From Calcarisporiella thermophila CBS 279.70 (taxonomy: Eukaryota; Fungi; Calcarisporiellomycota), in the NCBI RefSeq assembly GCF_041956535.1, contig NW_027192209.1, forward strand, positions 322,092 through 386,091: a DNA stretch of 64,000 nt. Reading direction: 5' to 3'. Made by a program: the position numbers and the translations under genes. The notes below the pieces were generated by a model. That model was given only the letters and a program-made list of their open reading frames with translations, did not search any database and was not told the DNA's origin. Below are positions 15,191 through 27,186 of the stretch, in pieces. Position 1 is the stretch's first letter. Every line of letters starts with the position of its first letter.

Positions 15191-17101
15191 TTAAACCTTT
15201 ATATCTCCTACTTGAATCCCGCATACTTCAAAAGGATCCATAACTTGTGTTGCAATGAAACGTAATCCAGCTACTTTTGCAACAGGGCAGCTCGCTAATG
15301 ACATCCTTAACTTCTCTGGTGTTGATGACGTGAGCATTCGAGCCGAACATCTTGTCCAATTCGAGTCTCCACCCTCATGTACTTGCAGCTCAAATTTGGC
15401 ATTTCCAACTACTTTGCCAAAAGTTATTTCTACCTGGGCCGACGTAGATGGAATGGCCTTAAGCAGAGTTAACCCAAAGTAATCGCCAACTTTTGGAGCC
15501 TTGTGGCTATTCCAGCAAGTCTTGGGGTCAAGATCAACAGCGTTGTGATATGCATGTTGATCCCAGAAAGTATTGCTCGGGAAGTCAAGGCTGTTAAAAG
15601 CTTCCTCTTGGTGCTTGACGGACCGGTATTTATTAGGGGAGAAGCGTACTTGCGAAGGATGTGGGAATGCATCAATATTGGTGGTGAAAAGACATTTGTC
15701 GTTAAGACAAGGTGCACTACAATAAAAATACATTTAAAGTGAGAAATATGTATCTCCATACGTGCCAAACAAAAATCGAGCGAATCGCTTACCGAACATC
15801 ACGATCTTTATGAAGGGGAGGTTGTTCCTCTCTGACAAAATAGTCCTCTGGATTCTCACCGACATTGACTGAAAGTGCTTTGTGAAGTTTTGAAGCCGCA
15901 TCATACTACAGAATTAATCATGAGCTTGGTGAGATATTTTAATTTCCGAAATAAAAGCACTTACGATGTTTCCATAGACAATTGCCCACTGGTCTACACT
16001 TGTGCTCCATCCTTTATCCTGATCAAGTGGAGTAAGTGGGTTCGACAATTGATACGGATATTGATTGGTCCAAATTGAAAAGTACATATCAGCAAGTCGT
16101 AGCCGCTCTCTTGGCAGGTTCTCCTGCCCAAGCTGTGCAAGGAATCGATGGACTTTATCGCGCTGCAAGAAAGAACCGCAGCCAAGCCAAGTGAAGCCAG
16201 TGTGCAAGTTGATATCTTTAAAAGAAAAATTAATATGAGTTGGGTCGATGGGTCTAAATTTCAAGTTTACCAGTATCAGTAAACATCCAGCGACGGTGCT
16301 CCAAGTGTATAATGGGCATTGTGTTGGAGTGAATAAGGGTGGGGTGCTTTAAAAAGTTTGAATATAAACTGTCCATATACAAATTGAGCCAGTCATCATC
16401 TTGGAAGTAACAGTAGTCATATTTCGATAGCGCACATGTTGTATATTTAGAGAGGTCATGCAAATTCTCGTCCGAATTAAAGACTTGGAGTTCGACGTGT
16501 CCTATTGCTGAGGGCTCTAGCTCAAAATCCTAGCAACGATCATGTTAGAATGTTAGAATGTACTACCAAGCATTGAGCATAATTTTACCTTAGCATTTAA
16601 GCGAATTTCCTTATTATTATTCCATATCAGTATTTCCTTGATATAGGGGTATTTAGTCAAATATTTAATCACAAATTGAAGACTCTCGATGCGCTTCCAT
16701 CCAAGTAACACAGCAGTAACCGGGATAAGTCCGTTATTCTCTAGGGCCTGAGGAGTAAACTGTTCTCTCGTAAAGATGGAATATCTGTCATTGACTTTTG
16801 CAAGCACCTCTTTTTTCCATGTTGGAACATCCGGGTTTTTACTTCTGTTTCCACCAGCTAAAGGAGGTGCAAGCGGTTTCTGCTGATTCAATTTAGTATG
16901 TGCTGTGGGTGATAATTCGATGACAGTTGTGGTGGGCCGGGCAAATATCATCCATAAGAGCGCACAGGACGCAAGTAGAGCTAGAATTCTGTAGAGAAAG
17001 GTGGAGCGACGGTCGCTAATTAGAGTTGACTTAATGCGAGAGGAGATGCCAGCGAATGTGCTACGGTGCATCGGTAGTGAAGGCTCATTTTTGCCCCACA
17101 T
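15191..17101 (-). CDS. Type II membrane GT-A fold glycosyltransferase (GT64/EXTL-like) with C-terminal discoidin/galactose-binding-like domain
   Basis: N-terminal TM anchor, VTAVLLGWKR...IKEILIWNNN, YFQDDDW (DxD-like), C-terminal 'HNAVDLDPKTCWNS...GDYFGL'. Confidence 0.7.
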
Positions 17102-17271
17102 TTTCAGTCACGTATTATGAATTAAGAGAAGGATGGGATGATGAGATGAGCAAAAGGATTTTGGTATCGTTATTCTTTATGAGGACAAAAATAGAAATAC
17201 CCAATCAACTAATATAAATATAAACTATGCAGTGCGGCTTATGCAAATCAAAAGAAGTTTCGGAAATTCGA

Positions 17272-18296
17272 TTAATTGTGAATTCCGCATGCTCTTAGGA
17301 TCGAAACTTGCAATTCTCGTATTCCTGTGCGATCCTTTGCGTTAACAGCCAAAAGTTCTGGAAAACAACATACTCCATTTTCCTGATTTTCCAGCCAGCC
17401 TTGCACCTCATTTCTCATCGCGCCTAGCGAGCTGCTCGAAGTCTTGTCTGTTTTTGTAAGAACCACCTGATAAGAAAGGCCCTCGTTACCAAGTAGTTCC
17501 AACAATGACTTATCGCTATCTTTCAAGCCGTGTCGTGAATCTACTAGAATATATATTCGACGCAGCCTTTTATGATAAAGAATAGTTAGAGCTAAAATAT
17601 TAGTATATTCTCTCTGTAAGAAAAAAAAAAAGGGTATTTACTGAGGTCTATCTTTAAAGTAGTGTAAAATCATTTCTCCCCACTCCTCTCGACTTCGAAA
17701 GCCATACCCAGGTAAGTCGCATAAGACCAGTCGATCTCCTACCGAGAAAAAGTTCATTGTACGCGTGTGACCCTAAGAAGATACTTATATCTTAGCAAAC
17801 AAATGATAGTATTGTTTATATAAAAAAAATAAAAAGACAAGTACAGGCTTGTTTGATGTTTTCACTAAATTCTTTCGATTAACTATCGCGTTGATAAGTG
17901 TCGACTTCTATCCTTTGATAAATACGGAAAAAATGTCGATAGTACACTTAGTTATAAGAAGAGCTCAAACTTTGACCAAAATATATTCATTACCCCAACA
18001 TTACTTCTTCCAACAAATGCAACCTCTAATTTTGAATTTTGTGGAGCATCTTCGAGCTTGTTGGCGGATTTTACGAAATATACTGAGTCAGATCCGAATA
18101 CTTTTTGAGCCAAGCGCTGTTCAACTGTGCTTGGAGGTGAAATGGGCAAAAATGCAAATTTTTTCAGCTCATCACCATTTATTCGAGATATGTGTATTAA
18201 TCTTGATTCTCTGCATATAAAATTTAGAGAGAGACGACCTGGTAATGGTAGTGTATTTCTTAAGCTTAACCACTTTAGCATTACAGAAACACCCAT
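17272..18296 (-). CDS. EngB/YihA (GTPBP8-like) GTPase, likely mitochondrial
   Basis: VAFVGRSNVG|KSTLINA (G1), KP|GHTRTMNFF, DLPGYG, LTKTDK. Confidence 0.92.
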
Positions 18297-18403
18297 TTCG
18301 GTGGCGAGTATTTAGGTAAACAAGTGGCGCAGTACAATCTTCAGTTTTATTATTTGATGGGATTACACAACTATTTCACTCCATAATCAACAAAGATTTC
18401 AAC

Positions 18404-18627
18404 ATGAGAGAGGAAACTAAAGAAAGAATTCTCAAGGTATGTATCTCGCATCTTAATGTTCATCATAACCTCACATAATTAGTAGTTATTTATATGTACT
18501 CTTAAAGGCTACCGAGATCATTAAAGGCATCGTTCACATTGGCTTTATTCCTTTTGTGCTCTACCTTGGGTTCACCCGCAGCAACCCCCGGCCATCGATC
18601 ATGAGACTTATTAATCCTCTTGCTTAA
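18404..18627 (+). CDS. TOM7: Mitochondrial import receptor subunit Tom7 (absent from the ORF track)
   Basis: Exon 18404-18436 plus exon 18508-18627 give MREETKERILKATEIIKGIVHIGFIPFVLYLGFTRSNPRPSIMRLINPLA*; intron GTATGT...AAAG. Confidence 0.93.
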
Positions 18628-19003
18628 GATCTTTAAATTGACTTTTCTGGATTCTGCGGAGTGCTAAGAAGAAGGTTAGATCTTGTAAAAATTACTTCAA
18701 TTAAAATTTTTTATCCCTTGATCATTTCCCAAATTGCCAATTTCGACATCACCACCCCCCTGGTGCAGAATGGAGACAAGACTGAAAAGTATCTAGTAGA
18801 GACAAGCTTGTGTAGAATGCATGGATTTAAACTATATGAAAGTTACCGAAAACTGAGGCAAAGAAATATGAGCAAACATAAAATTCAGTGTTTTATTGAA
18901 TGTTACCGATTAGAAACCTATGTACAGCCTTTTTTATAGCTTTTGCTTTATAAAGATACAACTTGAATAATACTGTAAATGAAATATTGTATACCAGGCC
19001 TTA

Positions 19004-20922
19004 TTACACTCCGGATGGGAACGTATCTATACAATTGATAGTTAGCTTCCTTAATTTATCTGAGGATTTCTTCAGCTATTTACCAGGCACTTCGTGCTCT
19101 ACTTCTGGGTGAGAAATATCCTCTACAGGAAGCACCGCACTCGTTTCATCTAAATGCAATATCACGTCGAACTGCCTCGCCGGCTGAGCAAAAAAATAGT
19201 GACTCCACCGTTCAGTGTCAGGACGGTAGATTACCCCGATCGCCCGTTGTAATCTGGTACGTGCAAATACCTTTGCGAGGCGGGCATTTTCAGGACCGGT
19301 AAATTTTAACATAAAGTTGGGCTGGCCAAGCTTAACAGCCGCCTCGTGCAAGAGTCCTTGTGACCATAAGCATATTAAATCACAATTTTCTTAAGTTGTA
19401 AAACTACACCTACCTTCCCAAGAATCGCTACGTCCCGGATTAACCATTTTCACCTGCCCGGGAGAATCCCATTCATCGGCAGCCATTACAGTTCCCGTGT
19501 AAGTAGAAAATCCAATGCTATAATGATAAGTTAACATAAAAAAAAATGCCTTCACATGATGGTATTTAATTTACTTGAAGACTTCTCCAGGGAACTGCTC
19601 TCGGAGTAATTGCCCAACATTGATTTCGCCTCGTCGCTGTCCCATCTCTGTATAGCGCGCATCGCCAACATGACTATATTTTTTATAATTTTGGATTAAA
19701 TGAAAGATGCATTACCTCAAATCCAGCGATGTTATGTCATGGATATTACCTGTTGTGGGCCCAAACTACTAATTTCACCTGCTTACCACTTTGCTTTCGC
19801 AGGAAATCTCTTATTTGACAAAATATCTTGGCCATATGAGTATCTCTAATCATTTAGTTTTGAAATATAGTATTAGGTTTGTAAAAAAGACAGCTTAATT
19901 TTTTGAGTTATTAGCTGACCGTATATTCCACGATTTCACATCTTCTCTCAGTAAGTTGCGGTAATATTCTTCGGCATCAACCACAACTTGAGCATTTATT
20001 TCGGACACAAATTGAGATTCTTCGCTAGGAATGCTATTGCCAGCTTCATCTACATTCTTCCATATATAATCTTGGCGTTTACGCAGAAGATCTCGTAATA
20101 CATTTATCACTTCGTTTTCGCATGTGTGAGCAATTCCATAGCGAGCAGAAAACGCGTATGCGGAAGTGTCTGAATCATACGTATCAAAACAGCCGTATCT
20201 ATAGGTATGGGTGCAAGGTTAATTAATAGGTGTAGTGGATAAGCTAAAATAGTATACCTTTTTCGTGCTAGAGCAGCGGCTTTCTTGTCAGTCTTGGCAA
20301 GGTAATCGACCACGGCAGAAGAACTTGACACCAAACTATAAATATCGAGACCGTGAAAAGAGACCTGATTCACGCAAAATTCCTATTAGCATCAGTTGTA
20401 AGATGGCCTTTGCAATCGACAATTCCATACTAAATCATAATGGCCTTTGCCCTCTTTTCGAAGCTTTGAATTGTGGCTTTTGCACCATTCTATGAAGGGC
20501 AAGACCTCTTTATTACGCCACATCCATCTTGGGAAGCGCTCGTAATATTCGGTGGCCATCACCGCATTCTTAGCATCACTCGTACCTTGAATATAACGGT
20601 TGACAGAGTATGATTCAGGGTAATCCGCCTCGCAACATATCTTCAAAATGGAGAATTATTTAAATAGCACATTAATATCAATAATAAAAAAAATAAAGCA
20701 TTGCTCTGACAGAATACTTACAGCTGAGAAATTTTTCTTTTCAATAAGCAATTGAGTTATCAATTCCCTCTCACGATAGAACTCGGCGGTTCCATGACTC
20801 GCTTCTCCAATGAGCACGATTTGAGAATCGCCAATGGCGTCCAGTAGTTTACTATATTCGGACGAATTTCCAAGTTTAAGAGGGTGATGATGTTCGCAAA
20901 CCACATCGATTTGTCCCTCCAT
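19004..20922 (-). CDS. Erythromycin esterase (Ere)-family protein, 7 introns
   Basis: VLIGEASHGTAEFYRER, EADYP, RFPRWMWRN, FHGLDIYSL, WNIRDTHM, VVWAHNSHVGDAR, LQRAIGVIYRPDTERWSHYF, terminal DTFPSGV*. Confidence 0.9.
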
Positions 20923-21302
20923 TGGAAGATATTTACTTATACTTTTTGAATAAGGAGAAGAATGTAGAAATGACCTTGGTATATGCACACGAAAGAATTT
21001 GAACATATCTAACGGTGGCAAAATCAGGATCAGTACGCCACTTATATATTCACTTGCTTTCTTTAGTAAAATCTCGAGGTCTTGAACATTAGCAGTAACA
21101 TGAAGTTCTCTATACGTCATGCATATATAAAAATGTAAAAAAAGTATATTGCCGAGATTATTAATCGCGATTATTCTAAGCTCTTATCATTAAAGTAGGA
21201 TAGAAAAGATAGCTCGAATATTATTATAAAAAAAAACAAGGGTTAACAAGAATTCTTTTTAACAACAACTACATCAACAACACATTAAATAGTAGTAAAA
21301 GC

Positions 21303-24300
21303 TTATAGTTTTGCGGTCACAGGCACATCAGAAGCCGGGACCGCAACTGATACCACGTTCGACTTGCTCACCAGTTCAGCGAACCGTAACAGCCGATCAA
21401 ACACGCGGATATCATCGCGTCTACTCTTCCCTTCACGTCTGAATCTGCCTATTCTTTCAATTAACTCCCATAGCAATCCTTCGGGTATAATGGTGCCATC
21501 TGATCTCCGGCGTGGGATATAGGAAGGATGGAGTGCAACAGCCGTTGATTCAGTGTTGGATCGGGAGCGTCTTACCATGATGATTCTCTGCTGTTCCAAG
21601 TGATCGAAGGCATTCTTTAGTGTTTCCTTATTGATAGACTCGATATAGGACTGATAAAGAGAGGAGAGAAAACTCAGTTAGAATATAAAAGAGCGGCCAT
21701 CACGTTTAGCATTGCATTTATACCAGGTCACCAGAGTAGAAAAGGGTTTTCCCTAATGCCTGCGACTTTGAAAAGAAGTTCTTCTCCACCACCCAAGTTA
21801 CTTCGATAGGGCTACCTGTTGCCGCCGATGTGGACATATATGCAGGAGTCAGAGCCAGTAAACTGACAGTTGCAAGCCAATAAGTTTCAACGAAAGGCCA
21901 AATAAGGAAGCAGTAGAAATCGTAGTTCTCGCGCCCGATGCTTCGCTCTGCGTCCGAGAGGCCAACCATCTCGCCATCATACTCGAGAATACCATTATTC
22001 TAATAACAAAAATATAATTTAAAATCACTACTCAATCATTCCCATGTAGCTAAATTATAAAGTATACAATCAGATAACGCAAGGTTCGGTCCAAATTGGC
22101 ATCCACGGTCCCTGGTTTATAGACGAATTCGCTCTTCAGCAGACTTGACAAAAACGACACCTCCTCTCGCAATTCCGCAACGGTCATGCGCTGTGTCGAT
22201 TTCGAGCCCCCGATTTTTATTTTCGTGAAGAGAGCAGCAGAAGTGATTGCTTCATCGACAAAAAGATGCATCACCTGATTGCGATAATAGCTCAGTTCAA
22301 ATCGTTTGGCAGCATAGAAAGTGGTCTCCAGCAGTGACTTGTCTTTCCGCTCAGCAACAAGGCCGCGAATGACTTCGCAGGCTCTGAAAAAGAAGGAAAG
22401 AATACATTATTGGCCATTTAAGCCTGCGAAATCTCCTATTTCCATTACCTGTCCACAACCTCAGCCGTTGATTTCCCACCAAAATCAGCAACTTGACCCT
22501 GTTTGGACAGGATTTGTCTACGGAGCCAATCAACGCGTCGGATAAGCTCGTTTCTCCCAACTCCCTACACAGCGTTATAGGAGTGTAAACAGAACTATAA
22601 AAGTGAAGCCAAAAATCTTATATCAAATCCCTACCCTTCCTCGCAGAGTCAGCAGCACGGTACCAACAAGTGCGGTTGGCATCACAACTGTAGCTGCATT
22701 CTATTATCACGCGGGTTACTCAGGTTACAGCGGGCGATGAAAAGTTAAAATATATATACATACAATATCGGACAGGATGCGATATCCGAATGCTTTCAGC
22801 AGTATACTTTTATGGTCCAAAATCTCATTAGGGTTGAATCCTTGCCTCCCCGCAAACTGCTTGTTGATAAATTCACGCATAGAAAATGGCTTGCCAAATC
22901 TCACGTCAATACGGCCCATTTTGAGCTATTAATGAATATGACCGAGTAAGGTTAATATCCTCATATTCTCATTTATAAACTGCGGAAGAAAGTATGAGAC
23001 ATGCCTGAAGCAAACGAGTGTTCGTCGCTAATCCCCACAGACTTTCTTTCTCCTTCGGGTTACCCAACAATTCGTTTACATAACTCTCGGTCTCTATCAC
23101 CTTGTCATACCCAATATTCATAGGAACCAATATCGCATCCTTATCAATAGGTGTGTCGGGCGATAAAAAGTATTCCAACACAATCTTCAAGATTCCCAAT
23201 TTAGGGGGCAACAGCTTGCCCGTTCTGGAGCGAGTGCCTTCAACAAAACATTGAAGGGTATGCCCTAGATCAAGTAGCTCGTGCACATACTGAGTCGCAA
23301 TTGCAGTATAAAGGCGATCTCCACCCCACGATCTGCGTATATAGAACGCACCTGCTCCTTTGAGAAACGGGCCCACTACAGGAAAGTTGAGATTATCACC
23401 AGCAGCAATGTGAGGAAGCGCAAGCCCAAGCCGGAAGAAGATGTAACTAATGACTAGATAGTCAACATGAGACTTGTGCGAAGGAAGAATGATAAGCGAG
23501 TGTTTCTTTTCTTGAGCGCGCAGAGCATATCGGCGAATCTATTTTCGGATTCAATAATGATTATATGAGCCCCAGTCAAGATACTTTTATGATTCAATGA
23601 TGCCGGGACTGAATCCTACCTCTAAAATCTCACTGGACCGTACATGGATGCCCTGATTATACATCCGTACCAATATATTATTAACGACAAAGGCGGCAAA
23701 ACGCACGTGGCGAATACTGCTCATATCGGATGCCATCTTTTGCAATATCTCACGAGCCACAGCTTGCAGTTCCTTCTCGAGGTCCGCTTGTTTCTTGGAC
23801 CGATATTCTTCTTCGCTCTCACGTTGAACTAATTTTTTTCGCTTCTTTTCAGATAGCTGGGAGAGAGATTGCTCACGTTGCTTGGCAAGCTCAGTAGCCT
23901 GCTCGACGGATAACTCGTGAATAAGTGTTTGCACTAGTTGCAAATGTTAAGGTTGAAAGTAAGTAACTGAGTTGTTGCTACTTAATTGTGTCTAACAAAT
24001 ACTCAACGTTTTTTGTTACTTAACACCCGCTGTATCATTTCGGTAGTATAGCTTTTATATAGAATTTTTTGGCCTATATACCTATCGTATGCTCGCCAAC
24101 CCTGTCAAGATTATGGAAATGCTGAATGAATAGTATTACCACGTGGAATAAATATTTTTTAAGAGATTTACCGTTCCTTGATAAAATGCCCCTGCGTGCA
24201 TCATAAAAGCAATAGGATCTTCTCGGAAGTGCCTAGGATCGTCTTTACTAAATTCATGAAGTCCAAATGCAGAACTAAACGTTAACAAAAGAAAAATTCA

Positions 24301-24520
24301 TCGTAGGTCTAGAATATGGTTAAGATACTTGCACTATATTCCGGTGCTCGACCTTTTGGCCATCGCGAAACGCCTGCTGGTGCTCCTCATCGTTATGCTC
24401 AGCGGCACTACCAGTGGTCCATGTGCTTCCCGAGGGAATGGACCCGCCATCGGTTCTGGACGACAATGGATCGGAATAGAGCTCCGCGGACGAAGAGTCT
24501 GAGAGGGCACTCTCTGACAT
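21303..24520 (-). CDS. PlsB/GNPAT-type glycerol-3-phosphate / dihydroxyacetone-phosphate acyltransferase with PTS1
   Basis: LPSHKSHVDY (HX4D), IAAGDNLN, GAFYIRR, FVEGTRSRTGKLL; ends in -AKL. Confidence 0.9.
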
Positions 24521-25167
24521 TTTTATATATTATGGCAGATATTATGCTAAATGGTCGAAGTAGCTATGAGAAAAAAAAAATTAGGTACTCTCTGTGCTTC
24601 CTAGTTTCGCAATGCAGGTGACTGCCTTTTTCCTCGTGAAATTACTTTGTTGGGGAAGGGGGTTCTATTCCGCATATTTTCACGAATCTTTATTCCTCTA
24701 ATAAACTTTAAAACTGATGGACAGATACAGAGGATATATTCGTTTGACTCTTCTATCTCACGGAAACTTGTGTTTTCTCAACACCAATAGAAGATTTGAA
24801 CCACAAGTATATGACGGGTCGACACGGATTTTGTGTTCACGAAATTTCTTGTGTCTTGTCTGAATTTTTTTCTTGCAGAGTGATAATTAAATGAGAGTGC
24901 TAAGTCAGTTCTACTGCACCCTCCCCCTTTGTCCTCCTGGAAAAGTAGGATAATACAGAAAGTCCCGGTCTGTGTATTATTGCGTCTATTTTTTTCCTAC
25001 AGCTCTATGATATTCGCCTACATTCATTACTTCGCTCATTCCCTTACACATCCCCTTGCACCTCATTCTATTCATCACACTCTTTTGTATCATTCAATTT
25101 CCTTACATTCATTCTGAATCATTGTATTTTTTTTCACTATTAAATGGCATCATTTTAAAACGTAAAT

Positions 25168-26447
25168 ATGCCGGAATATACTCCCATTTTAGCAGTATAC
25201 GTTTTCCTGCAATTCCTTTCAATTGCCCTTATGTTGTTTCTCCTTGTCATTCTCTTTCGTCACAGAACTTCGCTTACCCTTGTTGGCCTCTGTATGTCCG
25301 CAGTGATTCTCAGCATTACAGAGCTGCTTACTGTTCTGCCATTCGGTAGTGGTGTCCGTAATATGGGTGGCCGGCCACTCTGTATTGCTCAAGCTTACCT
25401 TGAAGATTTTGCACATAATGCCGCGTCTTTCTGGGCGCTTTGCCTGGCCTTTAACCTGTGGGTTGTAGTGGGGAGGAGACTGAAAAAGACAGAGCGACAA
25501 ATGTGGCCTTTTTATGCGCTCTTTTCTTGGGGAATGCCCATTATTCTCGAAATAGTAGCATTTGCCATGTCAGCCCGCAAACCTTCAGCTGGAACATTCG
25601 GGGGACCCGCGTTCTGTGTCGTTGGCGACTCAGTCAGAGTGCCAACCGTGATGCTCCCTTCATCGGTGTCAACGGGGATCGGGTTAGCACTTGCTGGTAC
25701 TTATTTCAAAAATGTTATGAGCATTCAGGATTTTGATTTCGAGGTCTAATCCCCAACCCTTTTTAGTATGGTGCACGATAACCGTAGTTCGTCGTCGACG
25801 ATTTTTTACCAAATCTTCATCGCGCTCAAACGGAGGGGATTCTGGACAAAGTGGCAAAACGCGATTAAAGAAAAGGTATTCGACGACACCGTTGGAGCTT
25901 CATTCGTAGAAGCTGAATTGAATGTTTTTTTTTTGTACAGCTTATGCATTCGAATGCTAACCTTCTGCATTGTGTATGGGCTTGTCAGTACACTCGCTAA
26001 TAGTATGATTTCATCCTGCTCTCTTTGTTGATAGTATCCCATCAAATTCTAATTTCTTTCCTTACTTTGGCAGTCGATAAACTCTCCAACTGGGTTGCAG
26101 ATCCGTCCCGCGATATGGTTCAGTCAAAAGATCCAGGACTTGACGAGTTTTCTGGAACTTTGGTCGGGACAGGCCTTTTTATCATCTTTGGAACAACAAC
26201 CGAAGCTCTCCAAATGGTCTTTCCGTGCTATAAAGGTGGTAGTCTCTTCCGAGCGAAACGCAATGAACAATACAGTGACATCGAGATGCGTTCGCCAACT
26301 GCCACTCAGTTTTCACTCAGTTCCGTTGTAAAACCGCACAACAACACGGTGGAATCCTTCTCCATGCACCCCTTAAATAGTCAGCCAACTATGCATGAGG
26401 AGTTCGAATTCAGAGCAGGAGAGCATGGGAAGAGCTACAACTTGTAA
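25168..26447 (+). CDS. Putative 7-TM GPCR-like protein (cAMP-receptor/Frizzled-like), 4 exons
   Basis: About seven hydrophobic segments; 'LCIAQAYL...AASFWALCLAFNLW', 'YALFSWGMP' and the extracellular Cys in 'FCVV'; GT-AG introns reconstruct an open frame. Confidence 0.7.
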
Positions 26448-26586
26448 GGACGTGCGGTCCTGCATTTTGGGTTTAGAGAGTTGAGATTACCTAGGTGTGT
26501 CTGCAAAAAATAACTGCGAGGGCGAAAACAAGCACCTTTGAGTGTCTTCGAGCGATACCCGCAACAAATGACAAGAGCCTCCAGTT

Positions 26587-27185
26587 TTATCTTTCGGAAT
26601 ATCCATTTTTTACCTCGAGAGTTTATTCGATAGCATTGTGCTTTATTTTTTCTTTGGATAATGTATATATTTATATCATCTTTGCGTTTGGGGAAATTCG
26701 TTGGAGTGGGATTCATCCACGAAGTTAAAAGTGTGTAACAAACAAATGAGATAAGTAGGATGGGTTTGGGCTGCCATGGCACAGATAACGTGAAAGAGAA
26801 AGGGGGATCTGTATTAATTTAGGACTGCAGTCTATTTGACCCTAAGTTTTGGTCGGTGGAACTCGGGGATGCAGATATTTGGCCAAAACACCTATTTGAA
26901 GATAGGAGTGGATAAGAAATCGCAGCAAAATATATCAAGTGATTGTGGTTTGGATAGCCTACCAGTTTATCTGACACAAATCCTCGGGATTTTTGATAAG
27001 AACATACACGCCTACCAAAAATGGGTTCCATCTCTAGATAATGAATTCAATAGCGATATATTTAAATGAAAGCTTACTTTGATAGCTGTTTCCCTTTTGA
27101 TTTTCTCCTCCTTTTTAGTAATCCTCCCTCCTCTCTATTACTTTGCTTGGACATATCTCTTTTTGCTTTGGTGTGCTTATGATAA
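26587..27185. promoter_or_regulatory. Cluster of HGATAR (GATA-factor, AreA/NIT2-type) sites upstream of nitrite reductase
   Basis: HGATAR on either strand at about 26587, 26628, 26749, 26783, 26900, 26967, 26994, 27036, 27080 and 27180. Confidence 0.6.
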
Positions 27186-27186
27186 T

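Noticed and set aside
24957-24968. RNase MRP/P CR-I-like GAAAGTCCC (also on the minus strand near 39031)
   Set aside because: No matching downstream CR-V segment was found
27079-27186. Hydrophobic N-terminal extension on nitrite reductase in the ORF track
   Set aside because: It starts at TTG in pyrimidine-rich leader sequence; the first ATG is at 27187
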